Notes: generated by a model not told the origin, from the sequence alone. Shown: positions 51,911 to 63,700, numbered from the stretch's first letter. The stretch is 64,000 nt of DNA from Spirochaetia bacterium (GCA_963662265.2 CAXXHA010000016.1:1-64000), one strand, 5' to 3'. Numbers and translations: made by a program.

Positions 51911-54267
51911 TTATTTCCCCTTTGTGTTTGTAAACTGGTAAACAGGTGATTTTCCAAGCAGGTTTCCTGATAGATAAGTTTCAAAATACCAGTAGTATTT
52001 ATATGTACTGGCTGCAGGCTGGGAAGAAATATTTATTGTGTATGCAGGCGATGTTAATTTAGAAGCGATCAGGGCATAACTGCTGGCTGATGATGTTTTA
52101 CAGTAAAGGGAATACTGGACGTTGAAGGGGGACCCCGGCCATGATCCTGTCAAGGTTGTTGCGTTTGTGAAACTCTGCCCGTTATCTGGATATATACCTA
52201 TTATATTAACGGGGATATGAATATGATTTTACAGGTGACCAGTTGCCTGCAGCATCTCTTTCAGTAACATAGAATGTGTAGGAACCGTCTGGCAGGTATC
52301 CTGCGTTGTATGCAGTTGATGTTGTCTGAACATCCGGAGTTGAATCATTCATTTCTCTTTTGTATGTCCCGTTTCCGCCGCCTCCTGATGACCATGTGAA
52401 ATACGGATTTGTAGTGCTGTATGGTGAAGATGTATTACAGGATATATCAGGCTGGCCTGGCGGAACAGTGTCAACAACGATTGAGTCACTCACAGGATTG
52501 GATTCATTCCCTGCCGCGTCTTTTGCCCAGACTTTTATTGTTTTGGTTCCATCGCTTGAAAAACTGAAATTCCTTGATACTGAACTTCCTGCATATGCAG
52601 TCCATGCTATGTATCCGTTGTCTGTATCCTGAAATCTCAACTGTGTGTAGCTTCCGGAAATATTGACAGTCAGACTTACTGTTCTTGATGTTGAGTATGT
52701 TGCTCCTGAATTAATGGAGCAGTAGGTGAATCCAGGTGCTGATGTATCAAGTGTTATTGTATCTGATACCTGTATATCGTTTCCAATAGAGTCTTTGTAC
52801 TGTGCGTAAACTTTCTTAGTCCCGTCACCTGAAGTAAGTGCCCATGTCGCTGGTCTTGTTGCAGAGTAATTCTCCCATGTGCTCCATGTCCCGGGGCTTC
52901 CGCTTACATCATTGCTGAACCTCATTTGCGAAACAGAACTTACACTTGAATTGAGTGTTACTGCCCTGTTTGTTGTGTATGTGTTTCCTCCGTTTATTCT
53001 GAAGTATGAGACAGATGGCGGGGTTGTATCTATTGTAACAGAATAGTTCCCGCTGTCAGACCAATTAAGCCCGTCATATGACTGAACATAGAGTGTATGT
53101 GTGTTGTCAGATAATGCGGAAGAGGGTGTGAAGCTGGTTACATTACCTATTTCTGTCCAGCTTGAATTATTATAGCTTCTTCTGTATTTAACTGCATCCG
53201 GAACAGCATTCCATCTCCATGTCGGTGTTGAATCGGTAGTTGTGGTGGGATACCCTGTAATATAGACAGTCGGTGCAGTTGCAGTTGGATCAATTTCTGT
53301 TTCCCAGCTTCCGCTGCCAGACCAGTTGAGCCCGTCATATGCCTGAACATATAGAGTGTAATTCCCGTCAGAAAGATTCGATGCAGGGGGTATAGCTTGT
53401 TGTGTTTCCCATAACTGTCCAGTCAGTGCTATTGAAACTCCTTCTGTAGCTTACTGCAGAGTCAACCGCTGCCCAGCTCCAGGTAGGTGTTTTATCATTT
53501 GTTTTTATCGATCCTGAAACTGATGGGGCAGACGGCGGTTTTCTGTCTATATATACATTGACACTCTTTTCTTCAGAATTATCATTATCATTATTAAAGA
53601 AAATGACTGAAAATGTATAATTCTCCTCCTCTCCTGTATTTACTGAATGGGTATATTCAACTGGTGATTCGAAATTCCTGCCCAGTACCCCTATTGTGGT
53701 TTTTGCGATACTGTCGCTTTCAACATATACAGTCATTTTTGTGACATAAATATTTTTTCGGGTGAAATTCAGTGTAACATAACTTTCATTAGTCTCAGAG
53801 ACAGCTGAAATTGTTCCGTCAGGAACAGAAGTTGATATCCCTGTCCTGAAAGTCCAGCTGTATTCGTCTATAAGAGGATTCCCTTCAGAGCTTTTTATCC
53901 CTTTTTTGATAATTACTGTATAACTTTTTTCAGTTTCCAGCAGACTTCCGGGAGAGAATGTCAGGGTCCTTGTATGCGGATTATATGATAGCGATCCAGT
54001 GACTGTTCCCGACTCTCCTGTAACAGTTATATTTGCTGATGTAACAGTTGATTCATCTATTTCTGTATCAAATCTGACTTCGATTTTTGTATCTGTAAAA
54101 GCATCATCTTCACCCGGCAGCGGGTAGGAGGATAATATATTAATAGCTTTTGAAACTGTAATATCTTCTTCGATTTTTTCAATTAGATTGTTAGGGCAGC
54201 TTGATATCAGCAATACAAAAAATATAATACCTGCCGGATTTATAAATCCTGTTATTCTTCGTCCCAT
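51911..54267 (-). CDS. large Ig-like-domain surface lipoprotein (~784 aa; apparent +1 frameshifts near 53388 and 52212)
   Basis: Lipobox LISSC, SbsA/Big_5-like domain (IEVRFDTEID..LTFSP..YSWTFRT), repeated TPTW.W..TLYVQ.YDGLNWS and KDAAGN modules. Frames join after removing one C from each C-run. Confidence 0.8.
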
Positions 54268-54683
54268 AATGTTTTCTCCTTATTATTTACATCAGAAGCC
54301 CTTCCTATTGAATCGCTTTTGGAAACAAGGTAGGAGTATTCCCCTGCAATGGAGGGGTTTATATTTTCCACCCTGCTGAAGGCTGTCTGTACAGCATCAT
54401 ATTTTTCAAGTTCATAACTTGCTTTAGCTATTCCCAGCAGAGAACTCAGATTGTCCGGTTTTCTTGAATTTGCCCTTTTAAAGTAATCAAGGGCTTCCCC
54501 GTAGTTTTCATTGAGATAGAAGATATTTCCCATATTTACCAGAGCAGGGATATATTCAGTTTTTCCTGTAATTTTGCGGAATTCTGCTTCAGCCTTATCG
54601 TAGTACCCGTATCTTGCGTACAAAACGCCCAGTTTATTTATTTTTGACGGCGCATTTCCGCTCTTCTTTATTTCTTTCTGCAT
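54252..54683 (-). pseudogene. tetratricopeptide-repeat protein, probably a 5'-truncated C-terminal fragment
   Basis: NKLGVLYARYG..AEAEF and ALVNMGNIFY TPR units. No RBS or promoter space upstream. Confidence 0.65.
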
Positions 54684-54698
54684 TTTGTTTCGATTACA

Positions 54699-55193
54699 AT
54701 GCTTTTTTTTGCCGGATTCAGGGCTGTGTTTTTTACTTTTAAAGCAGATAATGCTCTCTCCTCATCGAAAATAGCAGTTAAAATAGCCATAATAAGCATG
54801 CTGATTTATCCTGTTGTTTTTATAGGGAATATGCGCGGATGGAAATTTCCCTTTTTACAGGGCGGCATCAGTTTCTGGGTACAGGCCCATCCTGTTTATG
54901 TTATTTTTGTGAATATTCCGGTTTTAATAATCCTGATAAGGGATAAACAGATCCCTGCCAGGTTGACCGGCCTGCCGGAAGGGGATGAAGCAGTTGAGAA
55001 TCTAAGTTTTGATCTTACTGCCAGAGAAAAGGAAATCTTTCTCCTCCTTTATCAGGGGAAAAGATATTCAGAAATTGCTGAGATGCTTTTTATTTCTCTT
55101 CCAACTGTTAAAACTCATGTAAATCATATCTATAAAAAGCTTGATGTAACAAGACGTGAAGAACTGTACAGAAAGCTCCAGTCAGGTTCCTAG
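54699..55193 (+). pseudogene. membrane-anchored LuxR-type HTH regulator, probably 5'-truncated
   Basis: TM segments then LTAREKEIF..EIAEMLFISLPTVKTHVNHIYKKL. Begins mid-helix with no RBS. Confidence 0.65.
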
Positions 55194-55427
55194 ACTTTTT
55201 CAAGAATCTATTTGCCGGTAAAAATGTTCTGTTTTTTTTATATTTACAATAAATTCGGATAAATATGAATGAAAATGAGCATTTGTAAACTTTGAAGCAA
55301 TATAAACTTGACAATAATGAATCAGATGGTATTATAGGTACATAAATGAACTCAAAAGAACAGAAAAGAACGTTTGCTGGTGTGAAGCATGAAATGTCTT
55401 TCTCTGAATTTACAGGGAGGTTTTTTG

Positions 55428-57023
55428 GTGGAAAAATATGATGTTGTAATAGCAGGAGGAGGAATTGCAGGCTGTGCAATTGCAAGGGAGCTTTCAAAGT
55501 ATTCCAATCTTTCTGTGACTCTGCTTGAAAGGGAGGATGATGTTTGTTCAGGCACAAGCAAGGCTAATAATTCCCATATTGTATGCGGTGCAGACCTTGA
55601 TCCTGAATGCCCTGTCGAGCTTGATATGATAAGACGGAGCAACAGGATGTGGGAGAGTCTTACCCGTGATCTTGATGTTGAGTATGTGAGGTGCGGCTCA
55701 TACAATGTTGCTGTCACAGATGATGAATATGAAAACATGCTGCCTCTGCTGGTTAAGAAAGCTGAAAGCTGCGGTGTATATTCTACCCGAATTATTTCAA
55801 GGGAGGAGCTTCTTGAAAAGGAGCCCCATGTTAATCCTGAAGCAAGTGGCGCGCTGTTTGTTCCTGAAGACGGATCGCTTCTTTCATATTATCTTGTTCT
55901 TGCTCTTGCTGAAAATGCTGCCATGAACGGGGTGAAATTCCGCTTTGAAAGCGAGGTTACAGGTCTTGAATTTGATGATAATAACTGTAAATGGGATGTC
56001 TGTATCAACAAATCGGAAAATATTAAAGCAGATTTTGTGATAAATGCTGCAGGTCTTTACTCTGATAAGGTCTCAAAAATGGCCGGATGGGATGATTTTG
56101 AAATAACACCCCGAAAAGGGGAATTCTGGGTTCTGGACAGGAAATATTCGGATATGGTCAATTCAATTGTCTATGGTGTACCTAAACCAGACTATAGGGG
56201 GACGACTGTTGTAAGAACAAGAGACGGGAACCTGATGGTCGGCCCTACTGCTAGAAACCTCCGGGACAGGGAGGAGAAGGGGACAACTTCTTCAGGCCTT
56301 GAAGAGGGTTTCCATGCAGGCAAGGAAGTCTTTCCATGGCTTGATAAATCAATGACAATCCACCAGTATGCTGGCCTCCGTGCCATGTGCAAAACAAACA
56401 GGGATTATATTATTGGATGGCATCCTGACGGGAAAACTCCTTTTATAAATGCCGCAGCTATCAGGTCCACAGGTATAAGCGGGGGACCGGGAATAAGCGA
56501 ATATGTAGCACAACTCCTTTCTGAAAGAATAATGCTTGAGAAAAATCCCTCCTTTAATCCTGTAAGAAAAGGTATCAGGAGATTTGAAACAGCATCCAAT
56601 AAAGAGCGGGAAGAGCTTATTGCCGGGAACCCTGATTACGGTGAAGTAGTATGCAGATGCCAGACTGTAACTAAAGCTGAGATTATCCAGGCAATACACA
56701 ATCCTCTCGGAGTTGTTTCTCTTGACGCAATAAAGAGAAGGACAAAAAGCCAGATGGGAAGATGCCATGGAGGATTCTGCACTCCCAGAATTGTAAATAT
56801 AATTGCGGATGAAACAGGTCTGGATCCCCTCCTGATACGGAAAAAATCATCAGGATCTGAAATCCTGGTATCCGAAACAAAAAAAAGCAGTAAGGGTTCT
56901 AAACTCTCCCCTGATGCTGTAAAGGTTGCAGGTGCTGAACCAACTGCCCACATACCGGTTTCAGGTTCCTGTAGTACTGGTGAGTTGTCAGGAAAAAGCA
57001 TTGAAAGAAGGGAAGGCAGATAA
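55428..57023 (+). CDS. FAD-dependent oxidoreductase with C-terminal BFD-like 2Fe-2S domain (GlpA-like glycerol-3-phosphate dehydrogenase)
   Basis: VIAGGGIAG, GTSKANNS, INAAGLYSD, VCRCQTVT..RRT..MGRCHGGFC. Start GTG 55428 after GGAGG. Confidence 0.88.
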   Translation: MEKYDVVIAGGGIAGCAIARELSKYSNLSVTLLEREDDVCSGTSKANNSHIVCGADLDPECPVELDMIRRSNRMWESLTRDLDVEYVRCGSYNVAVTDDEYENMLPLLVKKAESCGVYSTRIISREELLEKEPHVNPEASGALFVPEDGSLLSYYLVLALAENAAMNGVKFRFESEVTGLEFDDNNCKWDVCINKSENIKADFVINAAGLYSDKVSKMAGWDDFEITPRKGEFWVLDRKYSDMVNSIVYGVPKPDYRGTTVVRTRDGNLMVGPTARNLRDREEKGTTSSGLEEGFHAGKEVFPWLDKSMTIHQYAGLRAMCKTNRDYIIGWHPDGKTPFINAAAIRSTGISGGPGISEYVAQLLSERIMLEKNPSFNPVRKGIRRFETASNKEREELIAGNPDYGEVVCRCQTVTKAEIIQAIHNPLGVVSLDAIKRRTKSQMGRCHGGFCTPRIVNIIADETGLDPLLIRKKSSGSEILVSETKKSSKGSKLSPDAVKVAGAEPTAHIPVSGSCSTGELSGKSIERREGR

Positions 57024-58319
57024 ATGAACAGAAGAGATTTTGATGTAATAATAATTGGTGCAGGTCCTGCAGGCCTTGCAGCTGCGCTTGGGGCCAGGAA
57101 AGAGGGGGCAGGGAGAGTCGCTGTAATTGAGAGAGACAGGTATTCCGGCGGTATTCTTCAGCAGTGCATCCACAACGGTTTCGGCCTTCATCTATTCAAT
57201 ATAGACCTTACAGGCCCTGAGTATGCTGAAAGATTCATCGGACAGGTAAAGGATGCAGGCGTAGAAATTATTCTCGGGACAATGGTTTTGGAGCTTAATC
57301 CGTCAGCAGAAGCTTCCTCGCATTCTGTTCTGTGCGTCAGCAGGGAGGCGGGACTCAGTGTTTTTTCTGCACCTTCCATAGTTCTTGCAATGGGATGCAG
57401 AGAGAGAACAAGGGGAAATATTGTTCTTCCCGGGACAAGACCGGCCGGTATCTTTACAGCTGGAACAGCCCAGAGGTTTACAAATATTGAAGGCTATCTT
57501 CCCGGTAATAAAATAGTAATACTGGGTTCAGGAGATATTGGAATGATAATGGCACGGCGTCTGACTTTCGAAGGGGCTCAAGTCGAGGCTGTTGTAGAGG
57601 TGATGCCTTTTTTGGGAGGTCTCAACAGGAACAGGGTACAGTGTCTTGATGACTTTGACATACCTTTTTATCTGAACCATACAGTAAGCTATATAAAAGG
57701 AAACAAAAGGGTTGAGGGAGTTGAAATTGCGGAAATTGATGAGGAGAGAAATATTATTGAAGGTACAAGGCAGTTTATAGAATGCGATACTCTTCTTCTT
57801 TCTGTAGGACTTATTCCTGAAAATGAACTGACAGAAAAGGGCGGTATCCCGATAGACAGCCTTACCCGGGGAGCTTTTGTTGATCAGAATTTTGAAACAG
57901 AAATCGACGGAATATTTGCCTGCGGAAATGTTGTCCATGTGTCTGATCTTGTTGATTATGTTTCAGAAGATGGTGAAAAAGCGGGTAAATATGCTGCTTA
58001 CCATGCTTCCGGTAAAAGAAAGCAGATGCGTGATATGAATATCCGGCTGGAGAAGGGGAGGAATGTCAGCTACACAGTTCCCCAGATCTTAAGTCAATCT
58101 GATACCGAATTTGAGGATTTTCCTGTCTCCTTCAGGGTTAAAGAACCGCTGACTGATGTCAGAGTTGTCCTTAAAGCTGATGATGAAGTACTTATTGAAT
58201 CCGCAATCAGGAAGATAATAAGGCCGGGTGAAATGGAAAGGCTTGAGATTGATAAAGATATCTATGAAAAGATAATTTCAGGCGGCAAAAAAACACTTAC
58301 AGTGGAGGTCCAGAGATGA
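57024..58319 (+). CDS. NAD(P)/FAD-dependent oxidoreductase (partner of the GlpA-like enzyme)
   Basis: IGAGPAGLAAA, GGILQQCIHNGFG, MGCRERTRG, GSGDIGMIMARR, FACGNVVHV. Confidence 0.9.
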   Translation: MNRRDFDVIIIGAGPAGLAAALGARKEGAGRVAVIERDRYSGGILQQCIHNGFGLHLFNIDLTGPEYAERFIGQVKDAGVEIILGTMVLELNPSAEASSHSVLCVSREAGLSVFSAPSIVLAMGCRERTRGNIVLPGTRPAGIFTAGTAQRFTNIEGYLPGNKIVILGSGDIGMIMARRLTFEGAQVEAVVEVMPFLGGLNRNRVQCLDDFDIPFYLNHTVSYIKGNKRVEGVEIAEIDEERNIIEGTRQFIECDTLLLSVGLIPENELTEKGGIPIDSLTRGAFVDQNFETEIDGIFACGNVVHVSDLVDYVSEDGEKAGKYAAYHASGKRKQMRDMNIRLEKGRNVSYTVPQILSQSDTEFEDFPVSFRVKEPLTDVRVVLKADDEVLIESAIRKIIRPGEMERLEIDKDIYEKIISGGKKTLTVEVQR

Positions 58320-58673
58320 AAAAGAAACTGACATGCATAACCTGCCCTTCTCGGATGTGAGATAGTGGCAGATGAGAAGGGTGGAGAGTTTTTTTTCTCA
58401 GGCGCCGGTTGCAAAGCGGGTGAGAAGTACGCTGTAAAAGAGTTGACCTGTCCTGAAAGGGTAATCTGCACAAGCGTTAAAATAATAAGCAGAGAACTTC
58501 CGCTTGTTTCTGTAAGAACATCTTCTTCTGTTCCGAAGGGGGAAATCTATGATATTCTTGCAAAATTAACGGATGTTACTGTTTCAGCGCCTGTCAGACA
58601 GGGAGATGTTATTGTAAAAAGTATATCTTCCAACGGTGCGGATATTATTGCGACAAAAACAATCCTTATTTAG
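58316..58673 (+). CDS. DUF1667 (CxxC) protein (~118 aa; apparent +1 frameshift near 58348)
   Basis: MKKKLTCITCP(L)GCEI..GAGCKAGEKYA..PERVICTSV..VSVRT. Start overlaps the previous stop. Confidence 0.85.
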
Positions 58674-58836
58674 AATTGTTTTTCTCTTTATTTTAAGATA
58701 TTTCTGCTGATAAAGACAATATCCGGAATATAACAGATTATTTATTTCAATAGCTGGTAACGGATATTGAGTAAAAATTTAATTTGTGGTTATTTATTAA
58801 CATTTATTATATAGTAAATAACAGGGAGAATTGAAA

Positions 58837-59274
58837 ATGAAAAAAATATTATTGATATTTGCTTCAATTATTCTTTTTTCATGTGCTTCCACACCGGAAA
58901 CACCAGTAGAAGAGGAGCCTGTAAAAGAGGAAGTTCAGGAAAAGGTTTCTATAACTGAAGTAAGAAACAAGGCATACAGCGCAATGGAAAAAGCACTTGG
59001 TATAAAAGCAAATGTAGCTGTAAAAGAAGATTATGCTGATGCGGAAAAGATGTTTAATGAAGCTGAATCGCTTGATGCATCTGATCCCGAATCTGCAGCA
59101 AAAGCCGCTTTAATTTATATGGATGCGGAAACAGCTTTCAATTCTGTATATGATAAAGCTTTTGAAAAGAGGGAAAATGCTCTGAAAGAGCTTGAAATGG
59201 CTAAGGAAGAAATAAAGGCTGTTGAAGAGGAAGCTGAAAAGACTGAATCCGGTCCGGAAGGGGGTGCTGAATGA
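58837..59274 (+). CDS. helical lipoprotein
   Basis: MKKILLIFASIILFSC lipobox, Ala/Glu/Lys-rich helices. Confidence 0.8.
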   Translation: MKKILLIFASIILFSCASTPETPVEEEPVKEEVQEKVSITEVRNKAYSAMEKALGIKANVAVKEDYADAEKMFNEAESLDASDPESAAKAALIYMDAETAFNSVYDKAFEKRENALKELEMAKEEIKAVEEEAEKTESGPEGGAE

Positions 59275-59942
59275 AAAAGCCGCTCTTATTAGTTGCAGTA
59301 CTTGTCCTGCTTACATCAGGCGCTGTTTTTGCACAAGCATCGCTTTATAATAATGAATATTATCAGAAATCTGTAGAGTACAGGACAATGGCAGAGGATT
59401 CGCTTGAAGCAGGTGAATATGACAAGTCATATGAATATGCAGTTAAATCAAGGGAATTTGCAGCACTTTCAAAGGCTTATATAGCTGAAATGGTAAAAGC
59501 ATATAAGGCACGGTCCTCACTAGAATATGCAAAGGAGAGGATTGAGCTTGCGAGAAGGGTGAATCTTGAAAACAGGGACGCTGATCTCTATAACAGCGCT
59601 TTTTCATTTTTTCAGGATTCCAAAGCTGATTTTGATGAAAAAAAATATGAAGAAAGCCTTGAAAAATCACAGCAGGTTATTGAACTTCTCAAGGATGTGA
59701 AAGGGGGACAGGTGCTTCCTGCTTTCTATGAAGTACAGCTCAATAAAGCAAGAAGAGACTGCCTCTGGAGAATTGCCGGTTTTGATTTTGTCTACGGTGA
59801 TCCGTACAAATGGACCAAGCTTTATGAAGCAAATAAAAATGTCCTTTCCGAGCCTGATAATCCGGATCTTATTTTGCCGGGCCAGCTTCTTAGAATCCCT
59901 CCAATAAAAGGGGAAATCAGGGAAGGAACCTACAGGAAATAG
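59271..59942 (+). CDS. LysM peptidoglycan-binding domain protein (spirochaete type)
   Basis: Signal peptide, helical body, RDCLWRIAG..VYGDPYKWTKLYEAN..NPDLILPGQLLRIP. Confidence 0.9.
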   Translation: MKKPLLLVAVLVLLTSGAVFAQASLYNNEYYQKSVEYRTMAEDSLEAGEYDKSYEYAVKSREFAALSKAYIAEMVKAYKARSSLEYAKERIELARRVNLENRDADLYNSAFSFFQDSKADFDEKKYEESLEKSQQVIELLKDVKGGQVLPAFYEVQLNKARRDCLWRIAGFDFVYGDPYKWTKLYEANKNVLSEPDNPDLILPGQLLRIPPIKGEIREGTYRK

Positions 59943-59974
59943 TTTTATACAAATATTATCCGCAAGGAAGGTTT

Positions 59975-60003
59975 TCTACCCCGTTTACCGGGGTAGACTT
60001 TTT
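59975..60003 (+). terminator. intrinsic terminator
   Basis: TCTACCCCG-TTTAC-CGGGGTAGA followed by CTTTTT. Confidence 0.6.
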
Positions 60004-60123
60004 ATCTTCTTATGTAAGCGGATGCCTGCCGTTGATATTCAGCTCATCTACTTCGTTTTGCAGGTATCTGGCGGTTTGTTGATAGAAACATCTGAAATTT
60101 TTCAGATGTTTTTTTTTGATTAC

Positions 60124-60166
60124 TTGACAGGAAATGATTTTGGTAATAATATATGCGCACACATAT
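60124..60166 (+). promoter_or_regulatory. sigma70-type promoter with overlapping MarR operator
   Basis: TTGACA (60124-60129), 17 bp, TAATAT (60147-60152). Palindrome ATATGCGCACACATAT at 60151-60166. Related GCGTGCGCACGC at 60683-60694. Confidence 0.65.
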
Positions 60167-60214
60167 AAAATTAGATAGCGCTAAGTAAGTGAGATCTTGC
60201 TAAAGAGGGGTTTT

Positions 60215-60667
60215 ATGAGTTTTGAGGAAAAACTTTTTAAGTCGTTGAGAACAGTGATAAAAAATATGAGAAAAATCCTTGATAAAGAAATTTCACAGTA
60301 CGGTATATCTCATGCGGAAATGAGATTGCTGATGATTCTTTATTCATCCGAAAACTGTACACAGGAAGATCTCTGTTCAAAGATAGAAGTTGACAGGAGC
60401 AATATAGGAAGATCGCTTAATAAGCTGTTCAGGCTGGGATATGTAAATAAGATGAGAGATCCTGACGACAGGCGGATGAACCGGATCTTTTTGACTGATA
60501 AAGGGCTGCGTCTTAAGGATGAACTTGTAAGCATAAAGGCGAATCTTGAAAAAACAATTGCGAATGAGATAACAGAAGAAGAAAGGGGAGTACTCATTCA
60601 TCTGCTGGATAAGATTAACAGAGGAATAACAGAAGAAAATTATTACAAGATAAAAACAGGTATTTAA
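60215..60667 (+). CDS. MarR family transcriptional regulator
   Basis: TQEDLC..VDRSNIGRSLNKL..GYV..DPDDRRMNRIFLTDKG. Confidence 0.92.
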   Translation: MSFEEKLFKSLRTVIKNMRKILDKEISQYGISHAEMRLLMILYSSENCTQEDLCSKIEVDRSNIGRSLNKLFRLGYVNKMRDPDDRRMNRIFLTDKGLRLKDELVSIKANLEKTIANEITEEERGVLIHLLDKINRGITEENYYKIKTGI

Positions 60668-60715
60668 AAAAATATATATTAAGCGTGCGCACGCAACAAA
60701 GTAAGGAGCAGATAA

Positions 60716-63700
60716 ATGTACAGTATAGGCATTGATATTGGATATACAGCAGTTAAAATTTCTATCCTTGATTCGGAATATAAACTGATATATTCGGTTT
60801 ACAGAAGACATAAAGGGAATATCATAAAAACCGTACAGGACCTGGTTTCTGAAATATCAGAAACAGTTGATTTTGATTTTATATCTTACGGAGCATTTAC
60901 AGGGCGGGGAGCCATGTTTCTGGAAGCAGAAAACAGCAGTTTTTCTGAAATAAACATGATTGCGGCTCTTATTGAAGGAGTTAAATGGGAAAGAACAGAT
61001 GCAGAATCAATTATCGAGATCGGAGGGCAGAGTTCAAGATATATAACAGGGATATCAGGAAGAGAATCAAATATTTCGGTTGAAAGCAATTCTGACTGTG
61101 CGGCGGGAACCGGGTCGTTTCTAGAGGAGCAAATTTCCAGATTAAATTATGATATTGAAGATTACTCATCATTAATAAAAAAACGCAAAAAATATTCCCA
61201 GAATTGCAGGAAGGTGCAGTGTTTTTGCAAAAACAGATATAACTCATAAACTTCAGGAGGGCATACCCTGCAATGATCTCCTTCTCGGACTCGCATTTTC
61301 AGTTGTACGGAATTTCTGCAACCTGGTCATGAAGAAGGCTGATATTGAAAAGCCGGTATTTCTGGCAGGCGGCGTTTCCTGTAATAACGGAATAGTTCGT
61401 GCTCTGAAAGACATACTTAAACTTGATGATAATGAGCTTGTTGTTCCTGAAAATAAAGGGCTTCATGGCTCAATAGGAGCAGCAGTTATTGCATGCAGAG
61501 AAAAGAAAAAATGCAATACAGAAAAATTAAACAGTATTTTAACGGGAAATCTTAACAGCATTTCCCGCAGAATCAGTATGGAAAACAGCGCCCAGAAAAA
61601 GATTTTTCCCCCTTTAAAATCTTATGGTCTTGATGATCTGGAAAGTAAACACTCAATTGACAGCAATATTGCATATCCGGAACAATGTTTTATCGGAATA
61701 GATGCAGGTTCTACAAGTGTTAATATTGCTGTAGTGGATGAAAACAGCAGGATGCTTCTAAGCAGATACTATAAATCATATGGAAAACCTGCCGAGGTTG
61801 CTGAGAAAGGGCTTGATGAAGTAAAAGCTTTTCTTGCCGGGAAGACAGAAATAGCCGGTTTGGGTGTTACAGGATCAGGCAGATATTATATCGGAAAAAA
61901 ACTGGATGCTGACTGTGTAAAAGATGAGATAACTTCACAGGCAACTGCTGCTGTTGCGATAGACAGAGATGTGGAAACAGTAATCGAGATAGGAGGGCAG
62001 GATTCAAAATATATAAGGATCAGGAATGGCCATGTTGTTGATTTTGAGATGAACAGGATCTGCGCGGCTGGAACAGGATCATTTATTGAAGAACAGTCAA
62101 AGAAATTTGATATTCCTGTTTCCAGCTTCGGAGAAACAGCTCTGAAAAGCACTGATCCTGCAAATCTGGGCGATCGCTGTACCGTATTTATCGAGTCAGC
62201 TATTGCTGAGAGTCTATCATCAGGAACAGCCACGGAAGACATAGCAGCCGGGCTCTGTTATTCAATTTGCAAAAACTATCTTAATAAGGTTGTCGGAGGC
62301 AAGGAGATAACAGGGAAGATTTTTCTTCAGGGAGGGATCGCGTTCAATCAGGGGATTATAAATGCTTTCAGGGCCCTTACTGGTAAAGAGATTACAGTTC
62401 CCTGTTATTTCAGTGTTACAGGAGCATACGGGATTGCTGTAATCACTAAAGAAGAAGCATTAAATTCAAAAGCTGTAAGCAGAGAAGACTGCAAACAGCT
62501 GTCAGAACTGAAAACAGAAAAAAACAACATGCTGGAAAACAGGAATGAAATTTTCAGCAGCAGAATTAATAATCTTTTTTTCAATGATTATAAAAAAACA
62601 GGTTGCTGCGATCATAAAAAAACAGCCGGATGCCCGGTAAAAACAATAGGTATCCCGAGAACTCTTTTTTCATACAGCCAGTTTTCATTCTTCAACACAT
62701 TTTTCAGGGAATTAGGTTTTGATGTGCTGCTGTCAGATGAAACATCGGAAACTACTGTTTCCTTGTCACAGGATTTATCCACAGTTGATCTCTGTTTCCC
62801 GATGAAAATAGTTACAGGCCATATATCAGAGCTGATACAGAAAGGGTCAGATTATATTTTTTCCCCATGTATTTACAGCGTGAATACCCGGCTTGAAGAA
62901 TCAAGAAAAAACTATTCCTGCCCCTTCATGCAGATAGCGCCTTATACAGTAGGGCAGATTATAGAAAATATTACCGAAGGGAAAAGGAAGGTGGAATTAT
63001 TATCAGCTCTGTTTACTGACGGGAAAGAAAAAGAGCAGCAGTTAAAACCATTTTTTGAAATAGGTTTGAAGCTTGGCAAAAGCAGGGATGAAATTACCGG
63101 TGCAGTCAAGAGCGGGAAAAAAGCTGCCTCAAGATTTGAGGCCAGGATGGCAGAGTCTGTTTCCGGAGAAAGAACTTCAGATAAACCTGTGTTTGTAATA
63201 ATTTCCAAGATCTACGGGGTTGCTGACAATGCGCTCAACATGGGAATTCCGGACCGGCTACTCAAGCTGGGATATGATGTAATCCCGTTCTATGAAATGC
63301 CTGAGATAAGTATAAAAAACGATTATCCGAATATCTACTGGCCTTTTGCGCAGAGGATTTTGAGTACTGCTTATGCGGTAAAAGACAGGGAAAACTATTA
63401 CCCCGTGTTACTGACACATCACGGATGCGGCCCTGACTCTGCAATACTGCATTATTTCAAGGAAATTATCGGTGATAAGCCGTATCTGAATATTGAGATA
63501 GATGAACATACTTCTGATGTCGGAATAGTTACCCGGCTTGAAGCCTTTGTTAACAGCATTTCAAATATAAAGGACTGTGATGATGATACTACTGAGGATT
63601 CCGGAGTTGCATATATTCCAAATCTTTATCCATACTCACAGCTTTTAAAGGAGCAGCTTGGTTCCTCTTCACAGAATGTGGAAATACTGTCAGCCACAGA

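Noticed and set aside
59958-60115. Possible ncRNA after the LysM gene
   Set aside because: It is adequately explained by terminator-type hairpins with T-tracts, and has no SRP or 6S consensus.
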